Assembly: GCA_937928195.1 (NCBI GenBank)
Contig: CALEYZ010000022.1
Location: 2,016 to 66,015 of the forward strand
Length of the DNA stretch: 64,000 nt
Direction: 5' to 3'
Source of the DNA: an uncultured Limnohabitans sp.
GTDB taxonomy: Bacteria; Pseudomonadota; Gammaproteobacteria; Burkholderiales; Burkholderiaceae_C
The position numbers and the translations under genes are program-made. Shown in pieces: positions 26,659 through 36,797 of this stretch. The notes under the pieces were generated by a model. That model saw only the letters and a list, made by a program, of their open reading frames with translations. It searched no databases and had not been told where the DNA came from. The number at the start of each line of letters is the position of its first letter. Within the stretch, counting starts at the first letter, position 1.

Positions 26659-28472
26659 ACTGCGGTACTTGGGGCTTGGTCCATTTCTCCCTTATGGTGA
26701 AGCCTTGCATAGGCGCCACCTGCAAGTAAAAGTTCTGCATGACGGCCCTGTTCTAAGATCTCACCATGGGCCATGACCACCACGCGGTCTGCGTGCTCTA
26801 TGGTTGACAAGCGGTGTGCAATGATCAGGGTGGTGCGCCCCTTCATGAGGTTTTGCAAAGCCTCCTGAACGAGCCGTTCTGACTCGTTGTCAAGCGCAGA
26901 GGTTGCTTCATCCAAAATCAAGATCGGTGCATTTTTGTAAAGGGCTCTGGCAATTGCCAACCGCTGCCTTTGTCCACCGGAGAGTTGGGTTGCGTTGTGT
27001 CCCAGCACTGTGTCAATGCCATGGGGAAGTCGTTCAATGTGTTCAGTCAGATTGGCGGCTTGCAGACTCTGCATGACCCTTTGCCTGTCGATGGGCTGAC
27101 CTAAAGCAATGTTGGCTGCAACGGTGTCATTCAACATCACGACGTCTTGACTCACCATGGCAAATTGTGATCGCAAAGCACTCAGTGACCAATCCGCGAT
27201 ATCAAGTCCGTTGAGCACAATTCGGCCTTGAGATGGTAGAACAAACTTGGGCAATAAATTGACCAGCGTGCTCTTCCCAGACCCCGATGGGCCTACAAAT
27301 GCAATGGTTTCACCTGCATCAATTTTTAAGCTGAAATTTTTGAGCGCAGCAGGCGCATCGCCAGCATATTGCACAGTGACATTGTCAAATTCAACAGGTT
27401 GAGAAATGGCCGATGATGGCGCTAGAACAGCGGCGCCAGAGCCTAATTGACTGCCTGAGGATTCGCTTTCTACGTCGACTTCTTCCAGTAGCCTCAATCC
27501 TCTTTCAAGCGCTGCGAGGCCTCGCGTGATGGGCGTTGCGATGTCTGCAAGTCGTTTGATGGGCGACACCAGCATCAGCATGGCTGTGATGAACGCCACA
27601 AATCCCCCCACCGTCGCACCTTGAAGTCCTGAGCGACTTTGAACGAGTGCAATCACAAGCACTGAAGACAGCGCAACCGCTGCCATGAGTTGTGTCAATG
27701 GCGACATGGCTGCGGATGCAATCGTCGATTTGAGGGCCAGACTGCGCAGTCTTTGACTGAGTTTTTGAAAGCGTGAGGCTTGTGCAGCCTGTGCGCCATG
27801 AAGTCGAATGATTCGGTGCGCCAACACGTTTTCCTCAACCACGTAGGCCAATTCGTCAGTTGCTGTTTGGCTGTCTTGTGTCAGTGCGTAAAGTCGCTTG
27901 GACAGTTTTTTCATGATCCAGGCGGATCCCGGTACCACGACAAATACGACCAAGGTGAGTTTCCAGTTGAGAAACATCAAGTAAGCAATCAAGGCGATCA
28001 AGGTAAAGCCATCGCGTGACAAACCCAGCAGCGCCGAGATCAGTTGAGTTGCGCCATTTTGTACTTCGTAGACCAAGGTGTTTGACAGCGTGCTGGCAGA
28101 TTGCTTGCCAAAAATCGACATTTCAGCTTGGATCAGCCGTAGAAATAAAGCTTCTCGCAAAGCCTTCATGCCATCGTTTGCAATTCTCGCCAAAGCATAT
28201 TGAGAAACAAAAAAAGCGGCGCCGCGAATCAAGAAAATACCGATGACGGCAGTTGGTACCCACCAAAGGGGCAAGGATTTTTCTGCAAAACCTTCATCTA
28301 GCAGAGGTTTGAACAAGGCTGGAATGAGAGGCTCGGTGCTGGCGGCAACCAGTGTGGCCAAAAGTGCAAGCAGCCACACAGCGCGTTGTTGGCCAAAATA
28401 AGGCCACAAACGGTGCATCCTTTTGAGGAATGAATTTTCCTTTGCAGCGCTGTCATTGGCGGTTTGTGTCAT
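26655..28472 (-). CDS. msbA: Lipid A export ABC transporter MsbA
   Basis: TM domain plus [27 protein letters not shown]; rng-msbA-tolB context. Confidence 0.85.
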   Translation of the reverse strand: MTQTANDSAAKENSFLKRMHRLWPYFGQQRAVWLLALLATLVAASTEPLIPALFKPLLDEGFAEKSLPLWWVPTAVIGIFLIRGAAFFVSQYALARIANDGMKALREALFLRLIQAEMSIFGKQSASTLSNTLVYEVQNGATQLISALLGLSRDGFTLIALIAYLMFLNWKLTLVVFVVVPGSAWIMKKLSKRLYALTQDSQTATDELAYVVEENVLAHRIIRLHGAQAAQASRFQKLSQRLRSLALKSTIASAAMSPLTQLMAAVALSSVLVIALVQSRSGLQGATVGGFVAFITAMLMLVSPIKRLADIATPITRGLAALERGLRLLEEVDVESESSGSQLGSGAAVLAPSSAISQPVEFDNVTVQYAGDAPAALKNFSLKIDAGETIAFVGPSGSGKSTLVNLLPKFVLPSQGRIVLNGLDIADWSLSALRSQFAMVSQDVVMLNDTVAANIALGQPIDRQRVMQSLQAANLTEHIERLPHGIDTVLGHNATQLSGGQRQRLAIARALYKNAPILILDEATSALDNESERLVQEALQNLMKGRTTLIIAHRLSTIEHADRVVVMAHGEILEQGRHAELLLAGGAYARLHHKGEMDQAPSTAV

Positions 28473-28532
28473 TCTTTTGATTTTACTGCGTGTCACAATG
28501 CTAAATTAGCAGTGTTTAGACAGACTTTCCAT

Positions 28533-29834
28533 ATGAAGATGATCACTCTTTTGCCTCATTTATCCTCAGCAAAGCGGCAATTTGCCCTCTTGTGTCTAGG
28601 TTGGATGTGCCTTTGTTCGGTTGCCACGGCCCAATTCAAAGTCGATGTGTCGGGCGTGGGGCTCACGCAGGTGCCTATCGCCATTGCCACATTCAAAGGT
28701 GAGGAGGCCGCCGCCCAAAAGCCTTCCGCGATCGTTCAAGCCGATTTAGAGCGCAGTGGTCAGTTCCGAGCCATCTCCGTGACAGGCATGGCCATGGATG
28801 AGTTAACGCGTCCCGACTTTCCCCAAATGCGACAAAAGAGCGCCGATGCCCTCGTGACTGGCAGTGCCACCCGGTTGGCTGATGGTCGATACGAAATACG
28901 GGCCAAGTTGTGGGATGTCGTTGCGGGCCAAGATCGGGGTGATTACAAAGAAACAGTTGCCGCCGCCGACTTGCGTTTGTCATCCCATCGCTTGGCCGAT
29001 TGGGTCTATGAAAAACTGACGGGCGAAAAGGGCGTTTTTGCAACGCGTATTGCCTACATAACTAAAAATACAGGGAAGTACAGCCTTTGGATTGCCGATT
29101 CTGATGGCGAAAATGCCCAATCCGCACTGACCAGTTCGGAGCCCATTATTTCGCCAACGTGGTCGCCCAAGGGTACACAGCTCGCTTACGTTTCCTTCGA
29201 GTCACGAAAGCCCGTCATTTATGTGCATGAGTTGTCCACTGGCAAGCGCAAGGTCATGGCCAATTTCAAAGGCTCTAACAGTGCGCCAGCATGGGCGCCA
29301 GACAGTCGCACACTCTTGGCCACTTTGAGTCGAGATGGCGGCTCCCAGTTGTATCAAATCGACGTCGCTACAGGTGAGGCCAGGCGACTGACGCAAAATT
29401 CAGGCATCGACACCGAGCCCACATACACCCAAGATGGAAGCAAGGTGTTTTTTGTGTCTGACAGAGGCGGTAGCCCCCAAATTTACAAGATGTCTGCCTC
29501 CGGTGGATCCGTCGAACGGGTTACTTTCGGTGGAAGTTACAATATCTCTCCCGCACTCAGCCCAGATGGGCGGTGGTTGACCTACATCAGCCGCGTTGGG
29601 GGGCAGTTCAAGGTTCAGGTGATGAACTTGAGCACAGGCCAGTCTAGTGCCATCACTGAAACCACAGCAGATGAGCGCCCTAGCTTTGCACCCAACAGCA
29701 AGTTGATCGTTTATGCCACTGTGTTTCAAGGACGCGAGGCACTCATGACCAGCACCCTGGACGGCAAAATCAAAGCAAAGCTGTCTGGACAAAGTGGTGA
29801 CATTCGTGAGCCAGCTTGGGGTCCTTACCGATAA
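28533..29834 (+). CDS. tolB: Tol-Pal beta-propeller protein TolB
   Basis: PD40 repeats (SP.WSP.G, APAWAPD, SDRGGSPQIY); precedes pal. Confidence 0.95.
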   Translation: MKMITLLPHLSSAKRQFALLCLGWMCLCSVATAQFKVDVSGVGLTQVPIAIATFKGEEAAAQKPSAIVQADLERSGQFRAISVTGMAMDELTRPDFPQMRQKSADALVTGSATRLADGRYEIRAKLWDVVAGQDRGDYKETVAAADLRLSSHRLADWVYEKLTGEKGVFATRIAYITKNTGKYSLWIADSDGENAQSALTSSEPIISPTWSPKGTQLAYVSFESRKPVIYVHELSTGKRKVMANFKGSNSAPAWAPDSRTLLATLSRDGGSQLYQIDVATGEARRLTQNSGIDTEPTYTQDGSKVFFVSDRGGSPQIYKMSASGGSVERVTFGGSYNISPALSPDGRWLTYISRVGGQFKVQVMNLSTGQSSAITETTADERPSFAPNSKLIVYATVFQGREALMTSTLDGKIKAKLSGQSGDIREPAWGPYR

Positions 29835-29856
29835 TTTTTACTATTTGGAGTTTTTC

Positions 29857-30360
29857 ATGATCAAACGCAGTCTCTGGATATTGGCGCTTACAGCCGTTTT
29901 GTCCGCATGTTCTTCTGGTGTCAAACTGAGCGACGTTCCCGTTGAAGACAAAAACGCATCTGGCGCTGATGCTGCTCAAAGCAGCGTTGCAGCAGTTGTT
30001 GGTGGTAAGTCTGGCACCCAAGGTGTTGCACCTGCCGGCGTGAATGTGGTCTATTTTGATTACGACAGTTTTGCTTTGAAGCCTGAAGCCCGCGCAGTTT
30101 TGGAGCGCAATGCAGCTCATTTGCAAGCCAATAAGCAGTTCAAAGTCCAATTGGAAGGCCATACCGACGAGCGTGGTGGTCGTGAATACAACTTGGCACT
30201 GGGTCAAAAACGCGCCGAGACTGTTCGCCGTGCTTTGACACTGTTGGGTGTGAACGATGCGCAGTTGGAAGCAGTGAGTTTTGGCAAAGAAAAGCCTGCG
30301 GTCAGTGGTGCGGATGAATCGGCCTACGCTAAAAATCGTCGCGTTGAAATCAAATATTGA
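29857..30360 (+). CDS. pal: Peptidoglycan-associated lipoprotein Pal
   Basis: Lipobox LSAC, VYFDYDS, EGHTDERGGREYNLALGQKRA, NRRVE. Confidence 0.96.
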   Translation: MIKRSLWILALTAVLSACSSGVKLSDVPVEDKNASGADAAQSSVAAVVGGKSGTQGVAPAGVNVVYFDYDSFALKPEARAVLERNAAHLQANKQFKVQLEGHTDERGGREYNLALGQKRAETVRRALTLLGVNDAQLEAVSFGKEKPAVSGADESAYAKNRRVEIKY

Positions 30361-30375
30361 TCTAGAACTGAAGGC

Positions 30376-31149
30376 GTGTTTATGAGCCAACGGGTGATGT
30401 ATCGTTTTATTCAGATGAGCCTCTTGGGGCTTGGTGCTTGTTTTAGTGTCTTGGCCAATGCCGCATTGTTTGAAGACGACGAAGCCCGTCGCGCCATTTT
30501 GGACCTTCGCCAAAAGTTGGAAGCATCGCAGCAAAGCTTGAAGTCGCAATCTGACGAGATTTCAGTTTTTCGCAGAGCATTGTTTGAGCTGCAAACTCAA
30601 ATTGATTCATTAAAGTCTGATCAGTCTTCGCTTCGAGGTGTGAATGAACAACTCCTGCGTGAATTGTCAGACATTCAGCTCAAACAAAAAGATGTTTTGC
30701 AGTCAGTGGACACAAGGTTGAGTAAATTTGAGCCTCTGAAAGTTGTTTTGGATGGTTTGGAATTTCAGGCAGAGCCTGCTGAAAAGAAAGAGTATGAGGC
30801 AGCACTGGCTGTTTTCAGAACTGCAGACTTCGCTGCAGCGCAAAACACCTTGTTGGCATTTTTGCGCAAGTACCCCACCAGTGGTTATGCCTCTTCTGCC
30901 TTGTTCTGGTTGGGCAACGCGCAGTACGCAACCAAAGACTACAAAGAGTCTATCGTCAACTTCCGCAAGCTCTTGAGCATTGCGCCGCAACATACGCGAG
31001 CACCAGAGGCCATGTTGGCGATCTCCAATTGTTTGGTTGAACTCAAGGACGTCAAGGCCGCTAAAAAAGCCATGGAAGATTTAGTGAAGTTGTATCCAAG
31101 CAGTGAAGCGGCGCAAACGGCCAAAGACAGATTGGCTCGCCTGCGTTAA
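30376..31149 (+). CDS. cpoB: Tol-Pal system protein YbgF/CpoB
   Basis: LFEDDEARRAILDLR, coiled coil, TPR repeats; follows pal. Confidence 0.92.
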   Translation: MFMSQRVMYRFIQMSLLGLGACFSVLANAALFEDDEARRAILDLRQKLEASQQSLKSQSDEISVFRRALFELQTQIDSLKSDQSSLRGVNEQLLRELSDIQLKQKDVLQSVDTRLSKFEPLKVVLDGLEFQAEPAEKKEYEAALAVFRTADFAAAQNTLLAFLRKYPTSGYASSALFWLGNAQYATKDYKESIVNFRKLLSIAPQHTRAPEAMLAISNCLVELKDVKAAKKAMEDLVKLYPSSEAAQTAKDRLARLR

Positions 31150-31154
31150 ATGCC

Positions 31155-32264
31155 ATGACCCAAGATCAACTTGCCCAGTTGCATTGGATGGTCTTGGGGG
31201 CAACAGGACTGGTTTCCATTTTCTTGGGTGCTTTGATGCACCAAAGCCATTTTTGCACCATGGGTGCAGTCAGTGATGCGTTTGTCATGGGCAGTTTTGA
31301 CCGCCTTCGACAATGGGCCTTGGCGCTAGCTGTCTCGATCTTAGGCTTTGCAAGTTTGACTTTGGCAGGGCTTATTTCTCCACTTCAATCTGTTTATGCG
31401 ACGCCCAGTATTTTCTGGATTTCTTCCTTGTTGGGGGGATTGTTGTTTGGTTGGGGAATGGTTTGGTCTTCTGGTTGTGGCGCAAAGTCTTTGGTGCGAT
31501 TGGGTGCTGGTAATCTAAAGTCTTTGCTTGTTCTGATGGCCATGGGACTTTCAGCGCTGATCACTCTGAAGGGTGTATTGGCCTTTCCTCGGGTGTATTT
31601 TTTAGAGACGTTCACTTGGGTGCCAGACCACGGTTTATTTCTGGGGCAATGGTTCGGTCACGCTTTCAACCTTGAAGTGAGATTCGGTGTTTTTGGGGCT
31701 GGCATGACTAGCGCATTGTTTTTATTCATTTGGATTTTCTCAGACCAACACTTTTTGACGCGTCCTAACTTGCTCACAGGTATTGCCGTCGGCTTGGTGA
31801 TCTGCATTGTTTGGTTCATTTCAGGCGTTGTCGGGCATGGGCTTGAACATCCTGAGACCTTGGATGAGTTTTTCATCGCCACCAGCAGTCGAAAAATGGA
31901 GTCTCTCAGCTTCACGGCACCAGTGGCTTTGGGGTTGGATGCACTCTTGTATTTCAGTGACGGAACCAAGCGTTTTAGCCTTGGCATGGTCAGTGTGATC
32001 GGTATATTCTTGGGGGCATTTTTCAGTGCCAAATTAAAGGGTGTGTTCAAACTTGAAGCCTTTGTCAACCGCACAGACCTTGTTCGGCATTTGCTAGGGG
32101 GCTGCTTGATGGGCATCGGTGCAGTGCTTGCCATGGGATGCTCGATTGGCCATGGCTTAAGCGGTTTGTCCACTTTGAGTCTCGCAAGCATGTTGGCCAC
32201 TGCGGGTATCTTGCTTGGGGCTTATGGTGCCTTGCGCAATGATCTTCAACAAGCCAATGCATAA
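31155..32264 (+). CDS. YeeE/YedE family sulfur-compound transporter
   Basis: FCTMGA, GGLLFG.GM...GC, GG.LMG.GA.LA.GCSIG conserved Cys motifs; multiple TM helices. Confidence 0.88.
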   Translation: MTQDQLAQLHWMVLGATGLVSIFLGALMHQSHFCTMGAVSDAFVMGSFDRLRQWALALAVSILGFASLTLAGLISPLQSVYATPSIFWISSLLGGLLFGWGMVWSSGCGAKSLVRLGAGNLKSLLVLMAMGLSALITLKGVLAFPRVYFLETFTWVPDHGLFLGQWFGHAFNLEVRFGVFGAGMTSALFLFIWIFSDQHFLTRPNLLTGIAVGLVICIVWFISGVVGHGLEHPETLDEFFIATSSRKMESLSFTAPVALGLDALLYFSDGTKRFSLGMVSVIGIFLGAFFSAKLKGVFKLEAFVNRTDLVRHLLGGCLMGIGAVLAMGCSIGHGLSGLSTLSLASMLATAGILLGAYGALRNDLQQANA

Positions 32265-33081
32265 CGTAACGTCGATGTCAGTTCCAAGTTCATTGCACGC
32301 TCGCCGCTTTGGTGGCATGGCCAGGTTGTATGGCGTAACCGGTGCGGATCATGTGTCTGGCGCGCATGTCATGGTGGTCGGCATTGGTGGCGTGGGTTCC
32401 TGGGTGGCCGAGTCTTTGGCCCGTTGTGGCGTGGGCGAGTTGACGCTGGTTGACATGGACCATGTTGCGGAGTCCAACATCAATCGTCAGATTCATGCTT
32501 TGGATTCAACACTTGGACAAGCCAAAGTGTTGGCAATGAAGGATCGCATTGCACAAATCAATCCGGACTGTTGTGTGCATGTGGTTGATGATTTTGTGAC
32601 GCCAGACAACTGGAATGACATTCTGAATCAAGTGCATACCGACCCACAGATGAAATCACATGTGATGGCGGTTGTGGATGCTTGTGATCAAGTGAGGGCC
32701 AAAATGGCGATGGCCGATTGGGCCATTCGATGCAAAAAGTTTTTGGTCACCATTGGGGCTGCAGGTGGCAAGCGTGAAGCCCATCGTGTCGAGCAGGGTG
32801 ACTTGTCCAAAGTGACCCATGATCCTTTGTTGGCCCAGTTGCGTTACCGCTTGCGCAAGGAAAAAGGTGCACCCAAAGACGGTAAAAAAATGGGAGTGCA
32901 TTGTGTTTTCAGTCGAGAAAACGTATCGCCGCCAGACGCCTCTTGCAATATTGAAGGAGATGGCAGCCTCAATTGCCAAGGCTATGGCTCTGTTGTGACC
33001 GTCACCGCCAGCTTTGGGTTGGTGGCCGCTTCAATGATCGTAAATTTTCTTGCAAGTGGATTTGAAAAACCCAAAAAATGA
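32257..33081 (+). CDS. tcdA: tRNA threonylcarbamoyladenosine dehydratase (ThiF family)
   Basis: RRFGG..RLYG, GIGGVGSW, D.D.V..SN.NRQ.HA, DPLL..LR..LRK, LNC.GYGS...VTA.FG; start codon uncertain. Confidence 0.88.
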   Translation: MHNVTSMSVPSSLHARRFGGMARLYGVTGADHVSGAHVMVVGIGGVGSWVAESLARCGVGELTLVDMDHVAESNINRQIHALDSTLGQAKVLAMKDRIAQINPDCCVHVVDDFVTPDNWNDILNQVHTDPQMKSHVMAVVDACDQVRAKMAMADWAIRCKKFLVTIGAAGGKREAHRVEQGDLSKVTHDPLLAQLRYRLRKEKGAPKDGKKMGVHCVFSRENVSPPDASCNIEGDGSLNCQGYGSVVTVTASFGLVAASMIVNFLASGFEKPKK

Positions 33082-33090
33082 CGCTATAAT
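33062..33090 (+). promoter_or_regulatory. Sigma70 promoter for tRNA-Lys
   Basis: TTGAAA (33062-67), 17-bp spacer, TATAAT (33085-90). Confidence 0.75.
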
Positions 33091-33107
33091 TTGAGGCTTG
33101 AGTAGGG

Positions 33108-33183
33108 GGGTCGGTAGCTCAGTCGGTAGAGCAGCGGACTTTTAATCCGTTGGTCGCGAGTTCGAATCTCGCCCGACCCACCA
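33108..33183 (+). tRNA. tRNA-Lys(UUU)
   Basis: 76 nt; acceptor stem GGGTCGG/CCGACCC, anticodon loop CTTTTAA, TTCGAAT T-loop, encoded CCA. Confidence 0.97.
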
Positions 33184-33201
33184 AATGCTCAAACCCATAT
33201 C

Positions 33202-33238
33202 AAAAACCCCACGACGCTAGCGCTTCGTGGGGTTTTTT
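33202..33238. terminator. Intrinsic (probably bidirectional) terminator
   Basis: AAAAACCCCACGA...TCGTGGGGTTTTTT between the tRNA and the convergent ABC-F gene. Confidence 0.85.
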
Positions 33239-33260
33239 CTTGCCTGTGGCTAGAAGGGGC

Positions 33261-33310
33261 CTAATGAGGTCTCATGGTGGCTAATGGAGCCTAACGGAGG
33301 CAAAGGGGGA
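33261..33310. repeat. Degenerate 10-bp tandem repeat downstream of tRNA-Lys
   Basis: CTAATGAGGT CTCATGGTGG CTAATGGAGC CTAACGGAGG CAAAGGGGGA. Confidence 0.6.
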
Positions 33311-33319
33311 GGCTGGACT

Positions 33320-35329
33320 TTAGACTTCCTGCTCCATCTTTTCAAGCGCTTCAGACCAAGCCAACCACTGCGCTTCTAACTCGTTTATTTCGTTGTTGAC
33401 CGCTTTCAGCTGCTTGCCTGTTTCTGCAATCTCAGAGGGTGTCAGTGGTTGGGTTAATTTTTCTTCTAAGCTTGTTTTCTCTGATTGAAGCTGGATCAAT
33501 TGCGCATCGGCCTTCTCAATCGATTTCTTCAACGGTTTGGTGCGTGCAGATTTTTGTTGACGCAGCAAGGCATCTTCTTTTTTCTGTTCTGCCGTTCGAT
33601 TTTGCGTGGTTGCGATTGGCTTGGCAATGATGGTCATGGGCTCAGGCGTCGACAGGGGTGTCTCAACAGCTTTTGGCAAAGCCGCCGCCGCATCATTGGC
33701 TTTTGCTTCTTCTCGCAGGCGTTTTGACTCTTCAAGCAAGTAACGTTGGTAATCGTCAAGGTCACCGTCAAAGGGCTTGATCTCGCCACGACCTACAAGC
33801 CAGAATTCGTCACAGACGGCCCGTAGCAATGCGCGATCATGACTGACCAACATCACGGTACCTTCAAACTCATTCAGCGCCATTGACAATGCTTCGCGTG
33901 TGGCCAAGTCCAAATGGTTGGTGGGTTCATCCAGCAACAAGAGGTTGGGGCGTTGCCAGACAATCATGGCCAAAACCAATCGGGCCTTTTCACCACCACT
34001 CATGGAGCCAACGCTTTGCTTCACCATGTCACCCGTGAAATTAAAGGTGCCCAAAAAGTTACGCAAATCTTGCTCTCGCGACGATTGGCCTGGAATGTTG
34101 CCCAGTTCCTTCACCAAACGAATCATGTGTTCAAGTGGATTGTCGGCAGGGTGAAGAACGTCCAGTTCCTGTTGTGCAAAATAGCCAATATTGAGCCCTT
34201 TGCCTTCGGTGATTTCACCCGACAAAGCTTTGATGCTGCGGGCAATGGTTTTAACCAAAGTGGATTTGCCCTGACCATTCGCGCCCAAAATGCCAATGCG
34301 CTGACCTGCGAGGACTGATTTATTCACCTGCCGCACAATGACTTTGTCTTGCCCATCCATGGCGTAGCCCAAATTGGCATCTGTGATGGCCAACATTGGA
34401 TTGGGCAAATTCTGCGGCTCTTTGAATTCAAATGTGAAATCAGCATCCGCTAGCACAGGTGCAATTTTCTCCATGCGTTCAAGTGCCTTGACACGACTCT
34501 GCGCCTGCTTGGCCTTGCTGGCCTTGGCTTTAAAACGATCAATGAATTTTTGCAAATGCGCAATTTTGTCTTGCTGCTTTGCGAAGGATGCCTGCTGCAG
34601 CTCGAGTTGTTGTGATCTGAGCGTTTCAAATGCACTGTAATTGCCGCCGTAGCGATTCAGCTTGGCGTGCTCGATGTGCAGCGTGACATCGGTCACTGCA
34701 TCCAAGAATTCACGGTCGTGACTGATCACAATCATGGTTCCGTTGTACCGCTTGAGCCATGCTTCCAACCAAACCAATGCGTCCAAGTCCAAGTGGTTAG
34801 TGGGTTCGTCCAAAATCAACAAATCTGATGGGCACATCAAAGCGCGTGCCAATTGCAGACGCATTCGCCAGCCACCCGAGAAGCTGTTGACGGACTGGTT
34901 CAGTTCAGCAGAGCGAAAACCCAACCCCAATATCAAGGACTGAGCACGTGGCACCGCGTCGTGTTCACCTGCGTCTGCCAAGTCAACGTGGGCATGTGCC
35001 ATGGCCATGCCATCTTCCGCGAGTTCAGCGGCATGCAATGCTGCCCGAAGCTCACCCAATCGGGTATCGCCACCCAACACGAAATCAGTGGCGCTTTCTT
35101 CCGTTTCTGGCATGTTTTGCGCGACCTGCGCCAAACGCCATTGCTTGGGCATTGAAAAATCGCCGCCATCTTCATGCAATGTGCCATTGAAAAGAGCGAA
35201 GAGGGTGGATTTGCCGGCGCCATTGCGTCCAACCAGGCCTACTTTTTCACCCGGATTGAGCGTAACGGAGGCAGCATCGAGCAACACTTTGGCGCTGCGG
35301 CGCAGAGTGACATTTTTCAGTTGAATCAT
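33320..35329 (-). CDS. ABC-F family ATPase (YheS-like)
   Basis: Two ABC domains (GRNGAGKST, GANGQGKST, DEPTNHLD twice), no TM segments, C-terminal coiled coil. Confidence 0.92.
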   Translation of the reverse strand: MIQLKNVTLRRSAKVLLDAASVTLNPGEKVGLVGRNGAGKSTLFALFNGTLHEDGGDFSMPKQWRLAQVAQNMPETEESATDFVLGGDTRLGELRAALHAAELAEDGMAMAHAHVDLADAGEHDAVPRAQSLILGLGFRSAELNQSVNSFSGGWRMRLQLARALMCPSDLLILDEPTNHLDLDALVWLEAWLKRYNGTMIVISHDREFLDAVTDVTLHIEHAKLNRYGGNYSAFETLRSQQLELQQASFAKQQDKIAHLQKFIDRFKAKASKAKQAQSRVKALERMEKIAPVLADADFTFEFKEPQNLPNPMLAITDANLGYAMDGQDKVIVRQVNKSVLAGQRIGILGANGQGKSTLVKTIARSIKALSGEITEGKGLNIGYFAQQELDVLHPADNPLEHMIRLVKELGNIPGQSSREQDLRNFLGTFNFTGDMVKQSVGSMSGGEKARLVLAMIVWQRPNLLLLDEPTNHLDLATREALSMALNEFEGTVMLVSHDRALLRAVCDEFWLVGRGEIKPFDGDLDDYQRYLLEESKRLREEAKANDAAAALPKAVETPLSTPEPMTIIAKPIATTQNRTAEQKKEDALLRQQKSARTKPLKKSIEKADAQLIQLQSEKTSLEEKLTQPLTPSEIAETGKQLKAVNNEINELEAQWLAWSEALEKMEQEV

Positions 35330-35862
35330 GAATGGGGTTGAGCATCGGCCGCGCGCAAGGGACGTCCGAGAAAGATCAATTCTGGATTGGGGTGTGTTTT
35401 AAAAGATGGTACTGGCATGAAACCCAAGGCGTGGTACAGGCTTAAACCCGCCACATTGCTTTGCCAAGTACTCAGGACCGCTTGATCATAGCCTTCCGCC
35501 TGCGCTTTTTGAATCAAGTCATGAATTAAGACTTTGGCGCCACCCAGTCCTCTAAAAGCCGGTTGAATGAAGAGTCGTTTGATTTCACAAGCGCCTTTCA
35601 GATGCGTTGATGCCAGTGCGCCGCACCCAATGATTTGCTGGCTATGTCCATTGGCTTCTGGCTTAACCAACAAAACGGCTGCGCCAAAGGGCGGCCCGTA
35701 GCGCGCTGGCAAATCATCAAGATCTTTCCAAATGCTGCTAAGGTGAGGTTGATCAAGGTCCGTTGCGGCATAAGTTCTCAGAAGTGACTCAAAATGTTGC
35801 CAGTCTTCCGGTGACTCAACAACATCGGTTCTCATGCTTAAAGGCCCTGACATAGCAATCAC
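35326..35862 (-). CDS. GNAT family acetyltransferase
   Basis: CEIKRLFI.P.FRG.G, A..LY..LGF. Confidence 0.85.
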   Translation of the reverse strand: MIAMSGPLSMRTDVVESPEDWQHFESLLRTYAATDLDQPHLSSIWKDLDDLPARYGPPFGAAVLLVKPEANGHSQQIIGCGALASTHLKGACEIKRLFIQPAFRGLGGAKVLIHDLIQKAQAEGYDQAVLSTWQSNVAGLSLYHALGFMPVPSFKTHPNPELIFLGRPLRAADAQPHS

Positions 35863-36785
35863 ACCTTGCTCAATGTTTGGGCAAGCGCTTCCTTGGTGAC
35901 CAAAAGGACTTGGTCTTCACCAGCACTGGTGTCCAGCCAGATGGCTTCTAGTCTAGGAAATGCAGCTTCAAAGTGCGCGCGTTCGTTGCCAATTTCGAGT
36001 ACCAAGATGGCTTTGTCATTCATGCGTGCAGGCAAATCGATGAACAACTGGCGGATGAAGTCCATGCCATCTGTGCCACCTGCCAACGCAAGCAGCGGTT
36101 CGGCTTTGTACTCGTCAGGCAAGGCTTGCATGCTGGCTTCGCACACGTAGGGCGGGTTGCAGATGATGCAATCAAACTGTTGCTTCAGTTCATTGAGTCC
36201 ATCGCTTTGGACCAGTTGAATTCGATCCGTCAGTTGATGTTTTTCAACATTGATTTGCGCAACGGCCAGAGCATCTTTTGAAATGTCAGCGCCAGTGACT
36301 TGAATTTCGGGATAAGCCATGGCGCACAAAATAGCCAAACTGCCATTGCCCGTACAGAGGTCTAAGAATGCATGTGAAGTCTCAGACAGCCAACCGTCAA
36401 ACGCGCCGTCTGCGATCAACTCGGCGATGAAACTTCGCGGCACGATACTTCGCTCGTCCACATAAAAAGGGATGCCCTGAAGCCAAGCTTCTTGTGTGAG
36501 GTAAGCCGCAGGCTTTCGCGTCTGGATGCGTTGGGCAACGAGTGCCTGACAAGCTTCAATCAGCACATTCGAAATGTTGTTGATATCAAGATTGGGCTGC
36601 ACTGCTGACACTTGGGCTTGAATGCTGGCAGTGTCCTCTGATAAGTCCAGGTCCAAGGGCAGTTTGAGTTGCCACAGAACAAGCCAGGCGGCTTCATCTT
36701 GGGCTGTTAGCGTGCCGTGACCAAACGCAAGCTTGGCTTGGTCCAATTGACCAGCACTGGTTTGGATGAGTTGTTTTAAATCCAT
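35859..36785 (-). CDS. prmB: 50S ribosomal protein L3 N5-glutamine methyltransferase
   Basis: FGHGT..A.DEA, FYVDER.IVPRSFIAEL, DLCTG.GSLA, NPPY, EP.LALAGG.DG. Confidence 0.93.
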   Translation of the reverse strand: MDLKQLIQTSAGQLDQAKLAFGHGTLTAQDEAAWLVLWQLKLPLDLDLSEDTASIQAQVSAVQPNLDINNISNVLIEACQALVAQRIQTRKPAAYLTQEAWLQGIPFYVDERSIVPRSFIAELIADGAFDGWLSETSHAFLDLCTGNGSLAILCAMAYPEIQVTGADISKDALAVAQINVEKHQLTDRIQLVQSDGLNELKQQFDCIICNPPYVCEASMQALPDEYKAEPLLALAGGTDGMDFIRQLFIDLPARMNDKAILVLEIGNERAHFEAAFPRLEAIWLDTSAGEDQVLLVTKEALAQTLSKV

Positions 36786-36797
36786 AGCATGCAGGCC

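Noticed and set aside
33241-33319. CRISPR array
   Set aside because: Units are 10 bp with no spacers, and there are no cas genes in the window.
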